NCBI GenBank assembly: GCA_021826505.1
Contig: JAKAZV010000002.1
Location: 231 to 64,230, forward strand
DNA length: 64,000 nt
Origin: Acidobacteriota bacterium
Lineage (GTDB): Bacteria > Acidobacteriota > Terriglobia > Terriglobales > SCQP01
Reading direction: 5' to 3'
The position numbers were made by a program, and so were the translations under genes. Shown here piece after piece: positions 7,618-17,795 of the stretch (positions within the stretch are counted from its first letter, which is position 1; every line of letters begins with the position of its first letter). Under the pieces are notes generated by a model, which was not told the origin of the DNA, did not search any database, and was given only the letters and a program-made list of their open reading frames with translations.

Positions 7618-9945
7618 TCATTGGGCGTCGTTTGTCTCATGGCGTTCCATGACGGAGTTCAACAAAACGCTGCGGCGGGCCAGCTCGCCATCGGTGAATA
7701 AGGTCTGGCCGCGGGCGAGCCCGTCGGCGGAGCGGGTCCAGGGCGTGGCCGAAATCCGGACCAGCGGAGAAGCATCCACGGAAGATTGCGGCGGCAGATG
7801 GCTGAGCGCGCCGGCGCCGGAGTGAAGCTGGACCCAGGAAACATCGTAGCCGGGGACATGGGCACGAATTTCCTGGAAGATGCGCTCCGGGCTGGAAGTG
7901 CCCAGATCATGGCCGAGCAAGGCGGACAGTTCATGGATGATTTCGAGATCGCTTTTGGCGCCCTCGAAATCCGCGGCGCGGCGCTGCCATTGCACCTCGC
8001 CGCAGGTGTTGGTCAGGGTGCCGGATTTTTCATAGGCGCAGAGAGCGGGCAGCACAACATCGGCGGCGGCGGCGGTTTCGGTCAGAAACAGATCCTGCAC
8101 CACGAGAAAGCCCTTGCGCCGGCCGGGAGCGGCGTCGAAGCCATGGCGGCGCAGGGGGTTGGCGCCGACGATGTAAAGGCCGTCAAGATCGCCGCGATTG
8201 AAGGCGTCGAGCATGCCGGCGGCATCCAGGCCCGGCTCAGAAGGCAAGGGCCCACCCCAGAGACGCTCCCATTGCGCGGCGGCGGGCGAGCTCAAGGGAG
8301 CGTAGCCGGGAAGCAAGCCGGGATAAAGACCCATGTCGGATGCGCCGCGGGAGTTGGCATCGTGCGCGAGCGCGATATAACGGGTTTGGCCGGGGAGGGA
8401 AGCGCCGAGCTGAACCAGCGAAGCGAGCGCGGCGGCCTGCACCTGCGGGCTGAAGACGATGATGACGTCCGATTCCTGGCGCAGGGCGGCGAGAAATTCC
8501 GGCAGGCCGTCAGGAAGCTGCGATATGGGCGATACCGGCGTAATGGGCCAGGTGTTGATGGCGGCGGGAGGGACGGAGGTGAGCTGCGCGGCGGGCGCAG
8601 CACCCGAGCCGGCGAGAAAGGCGAGCGCGGCATCGAAACCAGAGGCCGCGACCTGGGCGTAGCGATGGGCCTGGCGGCGCAGCTTGATATCGCCGGCATT
8701 CAGGATATAAAGACGGGAGGCGTGGAGGCGATAGGCCCAGCGGAGATTCCAGGCCAGCAAGGGATGCTCCTGGGTGGGATCACCGCCGACGAGCAGCACC
8801 GCTTTGGCGGTTTTAAGATCCTGGCTGGAGGCCCAGGGCGTTGCGGAGGATGAAGCGTGACGCGCGAGCGCAGCCAGAAAGCCGGGAAGATCGGCGGAGC
8901 GGGAGTGGTCGAGATGGTTAGTTTTGAGCGCCAGACGGGCGAGTTTCTGGAGCTGATAATGTTCTTCATTGAGCAGGCGGGTTGAGCCCAGCACGCCCAC
9001 GCCCTGCTGCTGACGGGCGGCGAGCAGGCCCTGAGCGGCGGCTTCGAGCGCCATGGCCCAACTGGCGGGACGCAACTCGCCCTGGCGGCGGACCAGAGGC
9101 TGGCGCAGACGGGCCTCGCCGCGGGTGAAATCGAAGCCGTAGCGGCCCTTGATGCAGAGAAAATCGCCGTTGATGCCGCTTTTGTCGCGGTTGTCGCCGC
9201 GCATGATCTGGCCGTTGCGCACGCCCAGAGTGGTCTTGCAGCCATCGCCGCAGAAAGTGCAGATCGAGCCGGTGTGGCGCATTTCCCAGGGCCGGGTTTT
9301 ATAGCGATAGGGGCCGCTGGTGAGAGCGCCGACGGGGCAGATGTCTATGCACATGCCGCATTCTTCGCACTCGAGATGGTCCTGGCGGTTGGGGATGATG
9401 GACGAGCCGACGCCGCGCTGGCCGCCGAGGGCCAGCGCCCAGACATCCATGCCCTCGCCGCAGACGCGCACGCAGCGGTAACAGAGAATGCAACGCGGGC
9501 GATCGAAGTAGACGACCGGAGACCATTGCTGCTCGTCGCGATGCGCCTTGGGCTCCTCGAACCGGCTTTCGGCGGCGCCGTAGCGGAAGGTCATGTCCTG
9601 CAGCTCGCACTGGCCGCCGGCGTCGCAGACGGGACAGTCGAGGGGATGGTTGGTGAGAATGAACTCGATCGAGGACTTGCGGGCCTGATGCACAACCGGG
9701 GTATCGGTTTTGACCACCATGCCTTCGGTGACGGTGACGGTGCAGGCGGTCTGCGGCTTGGGGGTTTTTTCGATCTCGACCAGACACATGCGGCAGGCGG
9801 CCTGGAGGGAAAAATTGGGGTAATAGCAGAAGGAGGGAACTTCGATCTGGTTCGCGCGGCAGACTTCGATGAGAAGGGAGCCGGCGGGCGCCTGGACGGG
9901 GCGGCCGTTAATCGTGAGGTTAACCATTTGCGGCGGTTCAGGCAT
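7618..9945 (-). CDS. nuoG: NADH-quinone oxidoreductase subunit G (75-kDa Fe-S subunit)
   Basis: 775-aa ORF. N-terminal 2Fe-2S and 4Fe-4S cysteine motifs (CPVCDAGGQCELQ, CILCYRCVRVC, CEECGMCIDICP) plus a molybdopterin-oxidoreductase-like domain. The start could instead be the MVNLTING methionine 6 codons downstream. Confidence 0.9.
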   Translation of the reverse strand: MPEPPQMVNLTINGRPVQAPAGSLLIEVCRANQIEVPSFCYYPNFSLQAACRMCLVEIEKTPKPQTACTVTVTEGMVVKTDTPVVHQARKSSIEFILTNHPLDCPVCDAGGQCELQDMTFRYGAAESRFEEPKAHRDEQQWSPVVYFDRPRCILCYRCVRVCGEGMDVWALALGGQRGVGSSIIPNRQDHLECEECGMCIDICPVGALTSGPYRYKTRPWEMRHTGSICTFCGDGCKTTLGVRNGQIMRGDNRDKSGINGDFLCIKGRYGFDFTRGEARLRQPLVRRQGELRPASWAMALEAAAQGLLAARQQQGVGVLGSTRLLNEEHYQLQKLARLALKTNHLDHSRSADLPGFLAALARHASSSATPWASSQDLKTAKAVLLVGGDPTQEHPLLAWNLRWAYRLHASRLYILNAGDIKLRRQAHRYAQVAASGFDAALAFLAGSGAAPAAQLTSVPPAAINTWPITPVSPISQLPDGLPEFLAALRQESDVIIVFSPQVQAAALASLVQLGASLPGQTRYIALAHDANSRGASDMGLYPGLLPGYAPLSSPAAAQWERLWGGPLPSEPGLDAAGMLDAFNRGDLDGLYIVGANPLRRHGFDAAPGRRKGFLVVQDLFLTETAAAADVVLPALCAYEKSGTLTNTCGEVQWQRRAADFEGAKSDLEIIHELSALLGHDLGTSSPERIFQEIRAHVPGYDVSWVQLHSGAGALSHLPPQSSVDASPLVRISATPWTRSADGLARGQTLFTDGELARRSVLLNSVMERHETNDAQ

Positions 9946-9965
9946 AAGGATTCAAATTCGCGATC

Positions 9966-11267
9966 TCAGGCCGATTGCGGCTCCAGAGCCGCAGGGGCCG
10001 GGCACGCGGCGGTCGCGGCATGCGCCTCGAACTCGGCGCGGAACTTGCGCACAATGGCCAGAATGGGCATGGCGGCGGCATCGCCAAGCGGACAGAAGGT
10101 GCGGCCCAGAATGTTCGAGGCAACATCCTCAAAGAGCTTGATGTCGGCCGGACGGCCCTGGCCGGCATGAAAACGGCCGATGGCCTGCGCCAGCCAGTGG
10201 GTGCCCTCGCGGCAGGGCACGCACCAGCCGCAGGATTCATGACGGTAGAAACGGATGATGCGCAGGGCAAACTTGACCATGCAGGTATCCCGCGCCAGGA
10301 CCACGACGCCGCCGGAGCCGAGAAAGGTGCCCAGCCTGGCGACAGAGTCGTAGTCCATGTTGAGGCCCGCGGTTTCCGCCGCAGTCAGAATCGGAGTGGA
10401 AGAACCGCCGGGCACGATGGCCTTGAGCGGCTTGCCTTCGAGGATGCCGCCGCCGACTTCCTGGAGCATGCGTTCGAGCGGAAAGCCGAGCGGCAGCTCG
10501 TACACGCCGGGCTGGTTGATGTGGCCGCTGAGACAAAACAGGCGCGTGCCGCCGTTTTTGGGCGGGCCGTAGGCCGCGTACCAGGCGCCGCCGCCGCGCA
10601 GAATGTGCGGAACGGTGGCCAGGGTCTCGACGTTGTTGATGACGGTGGGACCGCCGTAGAGGCCGACGATGGCGGGAAAAGGCGGCTTGAGACGGGGCAG
10701 GCCGCGCTTGCCCTCGAGCGATTCCATCAGCGCCGATTCCTCGCCGCACTCGTAGGCGCCGGCGCCGGAATGGGTATAGAGAAAGAAGTCCATGCCCGAG
10801 CCGCGTATGTTTTTGCCGAGATAGCCGGCGGCGTAAGCCTCTTCGAGCGCGCGATCCACGATGGCGAAAAGATAGCGGTATTCACCGCGGATGAAGATGT
10901 AGCCCTGCCGGGAGCCGATGGCGCGGGCGGCGATGGTCATGCCCTCAATAATCGAAAACGGATCCCACTCCATGACCAGGCGGTCTTTGCAGGTGCCGGG
11001 CTCGCTCTCGTCGGCGTTGCAGAGAATGTATTTGGGCCTGGCCGACTGTTTGGGCACGAAGGACCACTTCATGCCGGTGGGAAAGCCGGCGCCGCCGCGG
11101 CCGCGCAGGCCGCTGGCCTTCATTTCCTCGACGATCTGCTCGGGCGTCATGGCCAGGGCTTTTTCGAGGCCCTGATAGCCCTCGTCGGCGAGATAGCCGG
11201 CCAGCGTGCGCGCCTCGGGGTTGCCGAAGCGGCGGCTGACGATGCGGATTTCAGCAGGATGAGGCAT
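9966..11267 (-). CDS. nuoF: NADH-quinone oxidoreductase subunit F (51-kDa NADH/FMN subunit)
   Basis: 433-aa ORF with GLRGRGGAGFPTG and the ESCGWCVPCREG N3-cluster motif. Confidence 0.92.
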   Translation of the reverse strand: MPHPAEIRIVSRRFGNPEARTLAGYLADEGYQGLEKALAMTPEQIVEEMKASGLRGRGGAGFPTGMKWSFVPKQSARPKYILCNADESEPGTCKDRLVMEWDPFSIIEGMTIAARAIGSRQGYIFIRGEYRYLFAIVDRALEEAYAAGYLGKNIRGSGMDFFLYTHSGAGAYECGEESALMESLEGKRGLPRLKPPFPAIVGLYGGPTVINNVETLATVPHILRGGGAWYAAYGPPKNGGTRLFCLSGHINQPGVYELPLGFPLERMLQEVGGGILEGKPLKAIVPGGSSTPILTAAETAGLNMDYDSVARLGTFLGSGGVVVLARDTCMVKFALRIIRFYRHESCGWCVPCREGTHWLAQAIGRFHAGQGRPADIKLFEDVASNILGRTFCPLGDAAAMPILAIVRKFRAEFEAHAATAACPAPAALEPQSA

Positions 11268-11282
11268 GGATTCGTTCAGCCA

Positions 11283-11361
11283 AGGGATCAGCGTCGCATA
11301 GCTTCGTTGAGCATAACTTTTAACAAAACCTTCGGTTTTGTTCGCCGCTCAGACATCCTCG
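11283..11361 (+). repeat. Dispersed intergenic repeat copy C (with an internal insertion)
   Basis: Core AGGGATCAGCGTCGCATAGC at 11283-11302. Internal AAAACC-TTCG-GTTTT hairpin. Module 2 is TTCGCCGCTCAGACATCCTCG. Lies in the 121-bp nuoF-nuoE spacer. Confidence 0.7.
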
Positions 11362-11388
11362 GATACAGAACCAATGATGATGGCATGA

Positions 11389-11898
11389 TCAATCGCCGGA
11401 GGCGCCTTTCCGGCGGTAGCCATCGAGGATTTGATCCACTTTTTCAGGCGTGAGCTGCTGGTGAAAATCGTAGTTGACCTGCATCGCCGGCGCCCAGGAA
11501 CAGGCGCCGATGCATTCGACTTCTTCGAGCGAAAAAACGCCGTCGGGGGTGGTCTGATGATTTTCGAGCTGGAGCCGGGCGCGGCAGTGATCCCAGATGC
11601 GGTCGGCGCCGCGCAACTGGCAGCTGATGTTGGTGCAAACCTGCACATGGTAGCGGCCGGCGGGATGCAGGCGCAGCATGGAGTAGTAGCCGATGACCTC
11701 GCGCACCGCCAGCTCGTCGAGCTCGAGCCGGGCGGCGATGCCGCGGATGACTTCAGGGGTGAGATGGCCCAGCTCGTCCTGGGCGTAGAGCAGCATGGGC
11801 ACCAGGGCCGAGCGCTTGACCGGATAATGCGCGATCATGGCGTCGAAGCGCGCCCGCAGGGCGGGGCTGAGCATGTCGAGATTGGGGCCAGGCTGCAT
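11389..11898 (-). CDS. nuoE: NADH-quinone oxidoreductase subunit E (24-kDa 2Fe-2S subunit)
   Basis: 169-aa thioredoxin-like ORF with CTNISC ... ECIGAC cysteine motifs. Confidence 0.9.
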   Translation of the reverse strand: MQPGPNLDMLSPALRARFDAMIAHYPVKRSALVPMLLYAQDELGHLTPEVIRGIAARLELDELAVREVIGYYSMLRLHPAGRYHVQVCTNISCQLRGADRIWDHCRARLQLENHQTTPDGVFSLEEVECIGACSWAPAMQVNYDFHQQLTPEKVDQILDGYRRKGASGD

Positions 11899-11917
11899 AG
11901 CGTTTTCGCGGGCCGGT

Positions 11918-13150
11918 TCAGCGGTCGGTTTCTCCCAGAACGATATCGAGGCTGCCGATGACGGCCACGACGTCGGCGAGCAGGCGGCCCTCGACCATGC
12001 GGGCCAGGGATTGCAGGTTGGCGTAGCTGGGGCAGCGCATGTGAACGCGGTACGGCCGGGAAGTGCCGTCGGAGACGATGTAATAGCTCATGATGCCGCG
12101 CGGCGACTCGACCGCCTGAAACGCCTGGCCGGCGGGAACGCGGAAGCCCTCGGTCACGATTTTAAAGTGATAGATGAGGGCTTCCATCTCGGATTTCATC
12201 TTGTCGCGGTCGGGCAGCACGATGCCGGGCGCCTGGGCCTTGAAGGGGCCTTCGGGCAGGCCGGCCATGGCCTGGGTGACGATTTTGACGCTTTCCCGCA
12301 GCTCGGCCAGGCGCACCAGATAGCGGGCATAGACGTCGCTTTCGGTGCGCACCGGGACGCTGAAGTCAAATTCCTGATAGCCGGAGTAGGGCTGGGTTTT
12401 GCGCAGATCGAGCGGGACGCCGGCGGCGCGCAGGCAGGGTCCGGTGAGACCGGCGGCGATGGCGTCGGCGGCGCTGATCACTCCCACGCCGCGGGTGCGG
12501 CCCATCCAGATGGAGTTGCGGGTGAGCAGGGTTTCGTATTCGTCAATTTTGGCGGAGAAGCCGGAGATGAAGGCGCGGACGCGCTCGAGCAGGCCGAGCG
12601 GCGGCTCCAGGGCCAGCCCGCCGATGCGGAAATACGAGGTCATCATGCGCTGGCCGCTGGCCATTTCAAAAATTTTGAGGATCTCTTCCCGCTCGCGGAA
12701 GGTATAGAGAAACATGGTCATGGCGCCGATATCGAGAGCGTGGGTGCCCAGCCAGACCAGATGGCTGTTGATGCGGGTCAGCTCATTGAGCAGAACCCGG
12801 ACCCATTGCGCCTTACGGGGAATTTCCAGACCCAGCAGTTTTTCGACCGTCAGAACGTAGCAAAGATTGTTGGTGAGCGGGCAGAGATAGTCTATGCGGT
12901 CGGTGAGGGTGACCACTTGCTGATAGAGCTTGGACTCGCAGCTTTTTTCGATGCCGGTGTGCAGATAGCCGATGACGGGCCGCACCCGCACCACCACTTC
13001 ACCGTCAATTTCCAGCACCAGGCGCAGGACGCCGTGGGTGGAGGGATGCTGCGGCCCCATGTTGAGGATGAGATGGCCGGCACGCGGAGCCTGACCGGGT
13101 TCAAGCAGAGAATCGAAGCCGGAGACGGAGCCGGAGGCGAACGCGCTCAT
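11918..13150 (-). CDS. nuoD: NADH-quinone oxidoreductase subunit D (49-kDa subunit)
   Basis: 410-aa ORF (...[15 protein letters not shown]...). ATGA overlap with nuoC. Confidence 0.92.
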   Translation of the reverse strand: MSAFASGSVSGFDSLLEPGQAPRAGHLILNMGPQHPSTHGVLRLVLEIDGEVVVRVRPVIGYLHTGIEKSCESKLYQQVVTLTDRIDYLCPLTNNLCYVLTVEKLLGLEIPRKAQWVRVLLNELTRINSHLVWLGTHALDIGAMTMFLYTFREREEILKIFEMASGQRMMTSYFRIGGLALEPPLGLLERVRAFISGFSAKIDEYETLLTRNSIWMGRTRGVGVISAADAIAAGLTGPCLRAAGVPLDLRKTQPYSGYQEFDFSVPVRTESDVYARYLVRLAELRESVKIVTQAMAGLPEGPFKAQAPGIVLPDRDKMKSEMEALIYHFKIVTEGFRVPAGQAFQAVESPRGIMSYYIVSDGTSRPYRVHMRCPSYANLQSLARMVEGRLLADVVAVIGSLDIVLGETDR

Positions 13151-13737
13151 CGGTAACCCTCCACCGGATAGTCTTTGCGCAAGGGGTGGCCTTCCCAGTC
13201 ATCGGGCATCAGGATGCGGCGCAGGTCGGGATGATGGGCAAAGCGGATGCCGAACATATCGAAGATTTCGCGCTCGAACCAATCGGCCGCCGGCCAGAGG
13301 GAATAAACCGAAGAGGCGATGCCGGGACCGGGAGTGGTTTCGCGAATGGGTTCGGGCAGATGGGCGGGACCCGAGGAGACGGGAGCGGGCGCGGAGACGG
13401 CATCGGATTCCTCGACCCCGCTCAGGATGCGCAGCCAGACGCCGCGGCGGGTCGAATAAAGCTGATAGACCAGCTCGAAGCGGGGCACGGCGCCGAGCCG
13501 GTCCACCGCGGTCAGGTCCACGAGAAGATCGAATTGCTGGCCGGGATCGTCGCGCAGAAACCGCAAAACGGAAAGCAGGCGCGGGGAGTGAATCCAGAGG
13601 CTGAGCTCGCCGCGCAGGTCTTCGAAACGCTCGAGCGCGCCGGGCAAGGCGGCTTCGAGCCGGGCAACGACATCCGGGGGAGCGGGGGGCGCGGGTTCGC
13701 TGGAGGGAGCCGGAGGAACGGGAGGTTCGGCGCTCAT
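13147..13737 (-). CDS. nuoC: NADH-quinone oxidoreductase subunit C (30-kDa subunit)
   Basis: 196 aa counted from the internal ATG at 13737, which forms an ATGA overlap with the nuoA stop. Carries the [26 protein letters not shown] motif. The longer 277-aa ORF would overlap nuoA. Confidence 0.85.
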   Translation of the reverse strand: MSAEPPVPPAPSSEPAPPAPPDVVARLEAALPGALERFEDLRGELSLWIHSPRLLSVLRFLRDDPGQQFDLLVDLTAVDRLGAVPRFELVYQLYSTRRGVWLRILSGVEESDAVSAPAPVSSGPAHLPEPIRETTPGPGIASSVYSLWPAADWFEREIFDMFGIRFAHHPDLRRILMPDDWEGHPLRKDYPVEGYR

Positions 13738-14159
13738 TCCGCCCTTTCCGGCGTGTTCCAGTCGAACACGCCTTTTTTCCAGATATAGAGGAAGCCGGTC
13801 ATCACGATGGCCAGATAGATGGCCATTTCCGCGAAGCCAAACCAGCCCAGGCCGCGATAGACGACCGCCCAGGGCAGCAGGAAGACGGCTTCGATATCGA
13901 AGAGAATGAAGACGATCGCCACCAGATAAAATTTGACCGCGAAGCGGTGCCGCGCGTCGCCTTCCGGGGTGATGCCGCATTCGTAGGGCGAGAGCTTGCG
14001 CCGGGTGTTGCGATGCCGGCCGAGCAGCCAGGAAGCGCCGATGGCCAGACCGGCAAAGGCCATGGCGAAGATGAACTGAATCAGGAGGGGAACGTAATGG
14101 AGAATGTAGGGCGCGCCGGCGGGCAGGGAGTTCGGATTGACGGCGGCCAGCAGGTTCAT
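13734..14159 (-). CDS. nuoA: NADH-quinone oxidoreductase subunit A
   Basis: 141-aa three-helix ORF with the SPYECG motif (ND3/NuoA). First gene of the cluster. Confidence 0.88.
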   Translation of the reverse strand: MNLLAAVNPNSLPAGAPYILHYVPLLIQFIFAMAFAGLAIGASWLLGRHRNTRRKLSPYECGITPEGDARHRFAVKFYLVAIVFILFDIEAVFLLPWAVVYRGLGWFGFAEMAIYLAIVMTGFLYIWKKGVFDWNTPERAE

Positions 14160-14263
14160 GGATCTCGAATTAACGCGGCGGGGCCACGTTTTTTGCTCCG
14201 CCGTTCGAGGGACCGGCCTCTAAGGCAGAAGGAAAGAGAATCTCGGGCAACATCTGAAAAATA

Positions 14264-14293
14264 ATTATCCGGTTCGGCGCGGCAGGGTGTCAA
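14264..14293 (-). promoter_or_regulatory. Candidate sigma-70 promoter for the nuo operon
   Basis: On the minus strand, TTGACA (14293-14288), an 18-nt spacer, then GATAAT (14269-14264), about 105 nt upstream of the nuoA ATG. Confidence 0.3.
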
Positions 14294-14467
14294 GGCGAAG
14301 CGTGAAAACATTGACCAGAGAATGAAATCAATTCGGGTGTTGGACCCAGAAGATGGACCGCAGACGGTGGGACGTGGACCGCATGAAGAAGCGGAGATGT
14401 AAAAAATGTCAACGCGGCAGGAACAGGCGGGAGTCCCAAGCCACGAGCTGTTAAAAGAAGGGTCTAT

Positions 14468-15043
14468 TCAGAGGATGGGATAAAAGATGGCGGGGCAGTC
14501 GAGAAGAAAGTCGGGCATTTCCGGCTCGCAGGATAGCCGGCCGGGAGAAAGAAAAACTTCGGCCGGAAGACCGGGGCGATAGATTTCGGCGAGATTCCTG
14601 ACGGGATCGAGGAGCACTGCGATGCGGGCGCCGCAATTGCAGTACATGCGCATTTTTTCCCGCAACGCGTGCGGCGCATGGCCGGAGCGGGCCAGCTCGA
14701 AGACGGCGTCGGGGCTGAAGGGCGCGAAGCCCTGCTTTTGTTCTTCGGTCAATTCGTCCCAACGCTCGCGCCGCAGCCAGGAGGCGTCGGGACTGCGCAC
14801 GGAATGATCGGGCAGCCGGAAGCCGGCGCTGGAGCTAAAGACGAGGCCAGATCCACTGTCCCGAGCCCAGTCATTTAACTGGGCATATAAAAGGCCTTCC
14901 TGGTATGCGGCCAGGATTCCGGTGGGACTCATGATGAGTTCACCGGAGGGCATGGATTCTATTTTGAAGCCGGGATTACGAGCGGAAATTTCGATCAATT
15001 CCCGGTCGGAGAAAGCGAACGGCGCGGGAGCCGAGGCGGCCAT
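14468..15043 (-). CDS. Uma2-family (DUF820) putative PD-(D/E)xK endonuclease
   Basis: 191-aa ORF. By eye its overall pattern resembles Uma2/DUF820 proteins (...SPDASW..., ...FAPFSPDAVFEL...). Confidence 0.6.
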   Translation of the reverse strand: MAASAPAPFAFSDRELIEISARNPGFKIESMPSGELIMSPTGILAAYQEGLLYAQLNDWARDSGSGLVFSSSAGFRLPDHSVRSPDASWLRRERWDELTEEQKQGFAPFSPDAVFELARSGHAPHALREKMRMYCNCGARIAVLLDPVRNLAEIYRPGLPAEVFLSPGRLSCEPEMPDFLLDCPAIFYPIL

Positions 15044-15208
15044 AAATCACCTCTGCGGCCATTTTAACTATAAATAGATGCGGCGGAGATGCCGGGCGCC
15101 CGAAACATGACGGCAGAGCCATTTTTTTGTCTGAAATCAATAAATGAATCGAGAATTTGAGACCGTGGACGCCAGGAAGCGGACCGTATAAAGCACCGAA
15201 GGCCGCAT

Positions 15209-17740
15209 TCACTCGGAGCGCAGAACATTGATCGGGTCATAGCGGGCGGCGGCGCGGGCCGGAACATAACAGGCCGTCAGCGTGGCCAGGGCGAGCAGGA
15301 GCGCGACGAGCAGCATCAATGGCCATTCGAGCGGGGCAATGCCGAATAAAAAGTGAGACAGATAGCGATTGATGATCCAGGCCAGCGGGGCGCTGATGAG
15401 CATGCCCCAAAGGGTCAGCCGCAGACCCTGACGGAAGGCCAGACCGCGAATGGCTTTGCTCTCGGCGCCGAGGATCATGCGGATGCCCATTTCGCGCCGC
15501 CGCTCGACCATGAAGGCCGCGATCACGCCGAACAAGCCCACGGCGGCGATGAACAGGGCTTCCAGACCGAGCACGGCCATCTTGCGGTCAATCAGGCGCA
15601 GCGTAGTGTTGGAATAGGTAAAAAAGCCGGCCAGGGTTTTCATGCGCGCCAGGGCCAGAGAAGGATCCTGACGGGCGACGACGCGGCGAACAGAGCGCGC
15701 CAGCGCCAGGGGCGGGATTCTGGATTGCAGAACGAATGCGAAGCGGGTGAGGACATCGCGGGGATTCTGAATTGAACTGATGGCCTGCGCATAGGGGTAA
15801 TAAATGGCCATATCGGGTTTGGAGTTAAAAATATTGTAAAAAATGGCGGGCGCGACGCCGACGACGGTAAGCGGCACCACGGATTTAGCCTTACCCGGCT
15901 CACGCAAAATTTTTCCGAGAGGATTCTGGCCGGGCCATAACGTGCGGGCCAGGTTGGGGCTGACGATGACGACGAGCGGCGCATGGGGACCGTCCTGCGC
16001 GGTAAAATTCCGGCCCGCGAGCAGGCTCAGCCGCATGAGATGAAAAAAGTTGCCGGACACCGGCTGGGCAACGACGACCGGAGCGGATTTTTTTTCGCGC
16101 TGGAAACGCGCGGTGGTGACGGGAAGCCAGCTTTGAAAGCCATGGCCGTTGCTAAAAGGCAGGCATTCCGTGAGCGCGGCTTGCCGGACGCCGGGAATGG
16201 CGCCGAGCCGGGGCAGAAGAGTTTGCAGGAATGCCAGGCGGGATTGGGGCGTGGCATAGGTTTTGACCGGCAATTTGAGCAGAAAAGTCAGACGCCGGGC
16301 GCCGTGATAGGCGGCGGTCTGGCGCGTGAGCTGGTGAAAGCCCTTGGCCGCCAGCGTGGCTCCAACCAGGAGGGTGAAGGCGAGCGCCATCTGGCCGATG
16401 ATGAGGGCTTTGCGCAGCCAGTGCTTGCCGCCGGTGGCGCGCTGGCCGCCCTGCTTCAAAACTTCCATCACGTCGGGACGCGAGGCGAACCATGCGGGCC
16501 CCAGGCCCGCGGCCAAACCGCAGGCGATGGCTAAAACCAAAGCAAAGACGATGATGTGGCCGTTGATGCCGATGCGAGACCAGCCCAGCACCTGATCGGC
16601 GGTGCGGGCGGGCAGGGAATTGCGCAGCAGGGCGCAGAGCCAGGCGGCGGTGAAGATGCCCGCGGCGCCGCCCAGCAGGCCGAGCAGGATGGAATCCATC
16701 AGGGCTTGACGCAACAGGCGCGGACGATGCGCGCCCAGCGCCGAGCGCAAGGCCAGCTCGCGGGTGCGGCGCAGGCCGAGGGCCAACTGGAGATTGGCGA
16801 CATTGGCGCAGATCAACAGCAGCAGCATGAGCGTGCCGGCGAGAAGAATATGAGCGAAAACCGGCGTGAGATTGCCATTCACAAGCTCAGCGGGCGAGAT
16901 GAGCGCGGCTTGCAGGGTTTTGTCAGATTTGGGATGCAAGGCGGCCAGGCGATGGGCTATGGCTTGAAAGCCGGCCAATTCCATGGCCGGAGTCACGCCG
17001 GCGCGGCGGCGGGTGACAGCTTCCAGCGCAAGATCACCGCGCTTGCGGATGCGCCATTGCCGGGCGGTCAAGGTCAGCGGGGTCAGAATGCCCTGCTTGA
17101 GCGGGAAATCGAGGTTGGGGCTGGCGATGCCGACGATGACGACCTGGTGTCCATTGAGATGAATGACACGGCCAATCAAGCCGGCCTGACGGTGAAGGCG
17201 TTTGGCCCAGAAGCCGTAGGTCAAAATCACCGCCGGCGCGGGGCCGGGCTGAAATTCCGAGGGCAGGAACGGCCGGCCGTAGCGCGTGGAAACACCCAGA
17301 ACATGGAAGAAATTGGGAGAAATCCGCAGGGATGGAGTCTGCAGCGGCATGCGGCCGGGCAGGCGCATCACGGCCCTGAGATAACGAAACGCGGCCAGGG
17401 ACGCGAGATGGCGGCCCAGTTTTTTGAAATCACGGTAATTGGCGGGCGAGACCGTGGGCCAATAATTATTAGGACGGTACTGCCAGAGCACCGAGAGCTG
17501 ACGCGGCCGCGGCAGGCGCACCGGCGGACTCAGAATGGCCTGGCCCAAGCTGTACATTTCCACCGTACTGCCAATGCCCAGAGCGAGAATGCCGATGGCC
17601 AATAAAGATGTGCCCCAGTGCTTGAGCAGGCGGCGGTAGCCGAGGCGGAGGTCAGACCAAAATCCAGTTAGCATACGTTCATACGTTGCAAGTCTGAGGC
17701 CAAATTCGCGATTTGGCTCCATGGGTTTTAATTCAACCAT
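15209..17740 (-). CDS. ADOP-family duplicated FtsX/MacB-like ABC transporter permease
   Basis: 843-aa ORF with two MacB-type periplasmic/FtsX permease halves and no adjacent ATPase. This is the typical acidobacterial duplicated orphan permease architecture. Confidence 0.8.
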   Translation of the reverse strand: MVELKPMEPNREFGLRLATYERMLTGFWSDLRLGYRRLLKHWGTSLLAIGILALGIGSTVEMYSLGQAILSPPVRLPRPRQLSVLWQYRPNNYWPTVSPANYRDFKKLGRHLASLAAFRYLRAVMRLPGRMPLQTPSLRISPNFFHVLGVSTRYGRPFLPSEFQPGPAPAVILTYGFWAKRLHRQAGLIGRVIHLNGHQVVIVGIASPNLDFPLKQGILTPLTLTARQWRIRKRGDLALEAVTRRRAGVTPAMELAGFQAIAHRLAALHPKSDKTLQAALISPAELVNGNLTPVFAHILLAGTLMLLLLICANVANLQLALGLRRTRELALRSALGAHRPRLLRQALMDSILLGLLGGAAGIFTAAWLCALLRNSLPARTADQVLGWSRIGINGHIIVFALVLAIACGLAAGLGPAWFASRPDVMEVLKQGGQRATGGKHWLRKALIIGQMALAFTLLVGATLAAKGFHQLTRQTAAYHGARRLTFLLKLPVKTYATPQSRLAFLQTLLPRLGAIPGVRQAALTECLPFSNGHGFQSWLPVTTARFQREKKSAPVVVAQPVSGNFFHLMRLSLLAGRNFTAQDGPHAPLVVIVSPNLARTLWPGQNPLGKILREPGKAKSVVPLTVVGVAPAIFYNIFNSKPDMAIYYPYAQAISSIQNPRDVLTRFAFVLQSRIPPLALARSVRRVVARQDPSLALARMKTLAGFFTYSNTTLRLIDRKMAVLGLEALFIAAVGLFGVIAAFMVERRREMGIRMILGAESKAIRGLAFRQGLRLTLWGMLISAPLAWIINRYLSHFLFGIAPLEWPLMLLVALLLALATLTACYVPARAAARYDPINVLRSE

Positions 17741-17795
17741 TTACAGAGGAATGCACGATTGATTTTTTACGAATTCGTCCCAAAAGCGGGATTCG

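Noticed and set aside
13738-13980. The N-terminal 81 codons of the 277-aa ORF containing nuoC.
   Set aside because: The extension overlaps nuoA in another frame and is Arg-rich nonsense. The internal ATG at 13737 gives a normal-length NuoC and a classical ATGA coupling to nuoA.
16085-16092. T8/A8 homopolymer runs inside coding regions (16085 in the ADOP gene, 37386 in the RND gene, 58908 in dnaE) as possible phase-variation or frameshift sites.
   Set aside because: All frames are intact across the runs. The genes include essential ones, and runs of 7-8 nt are too short and too few to argue for programmed slippage.
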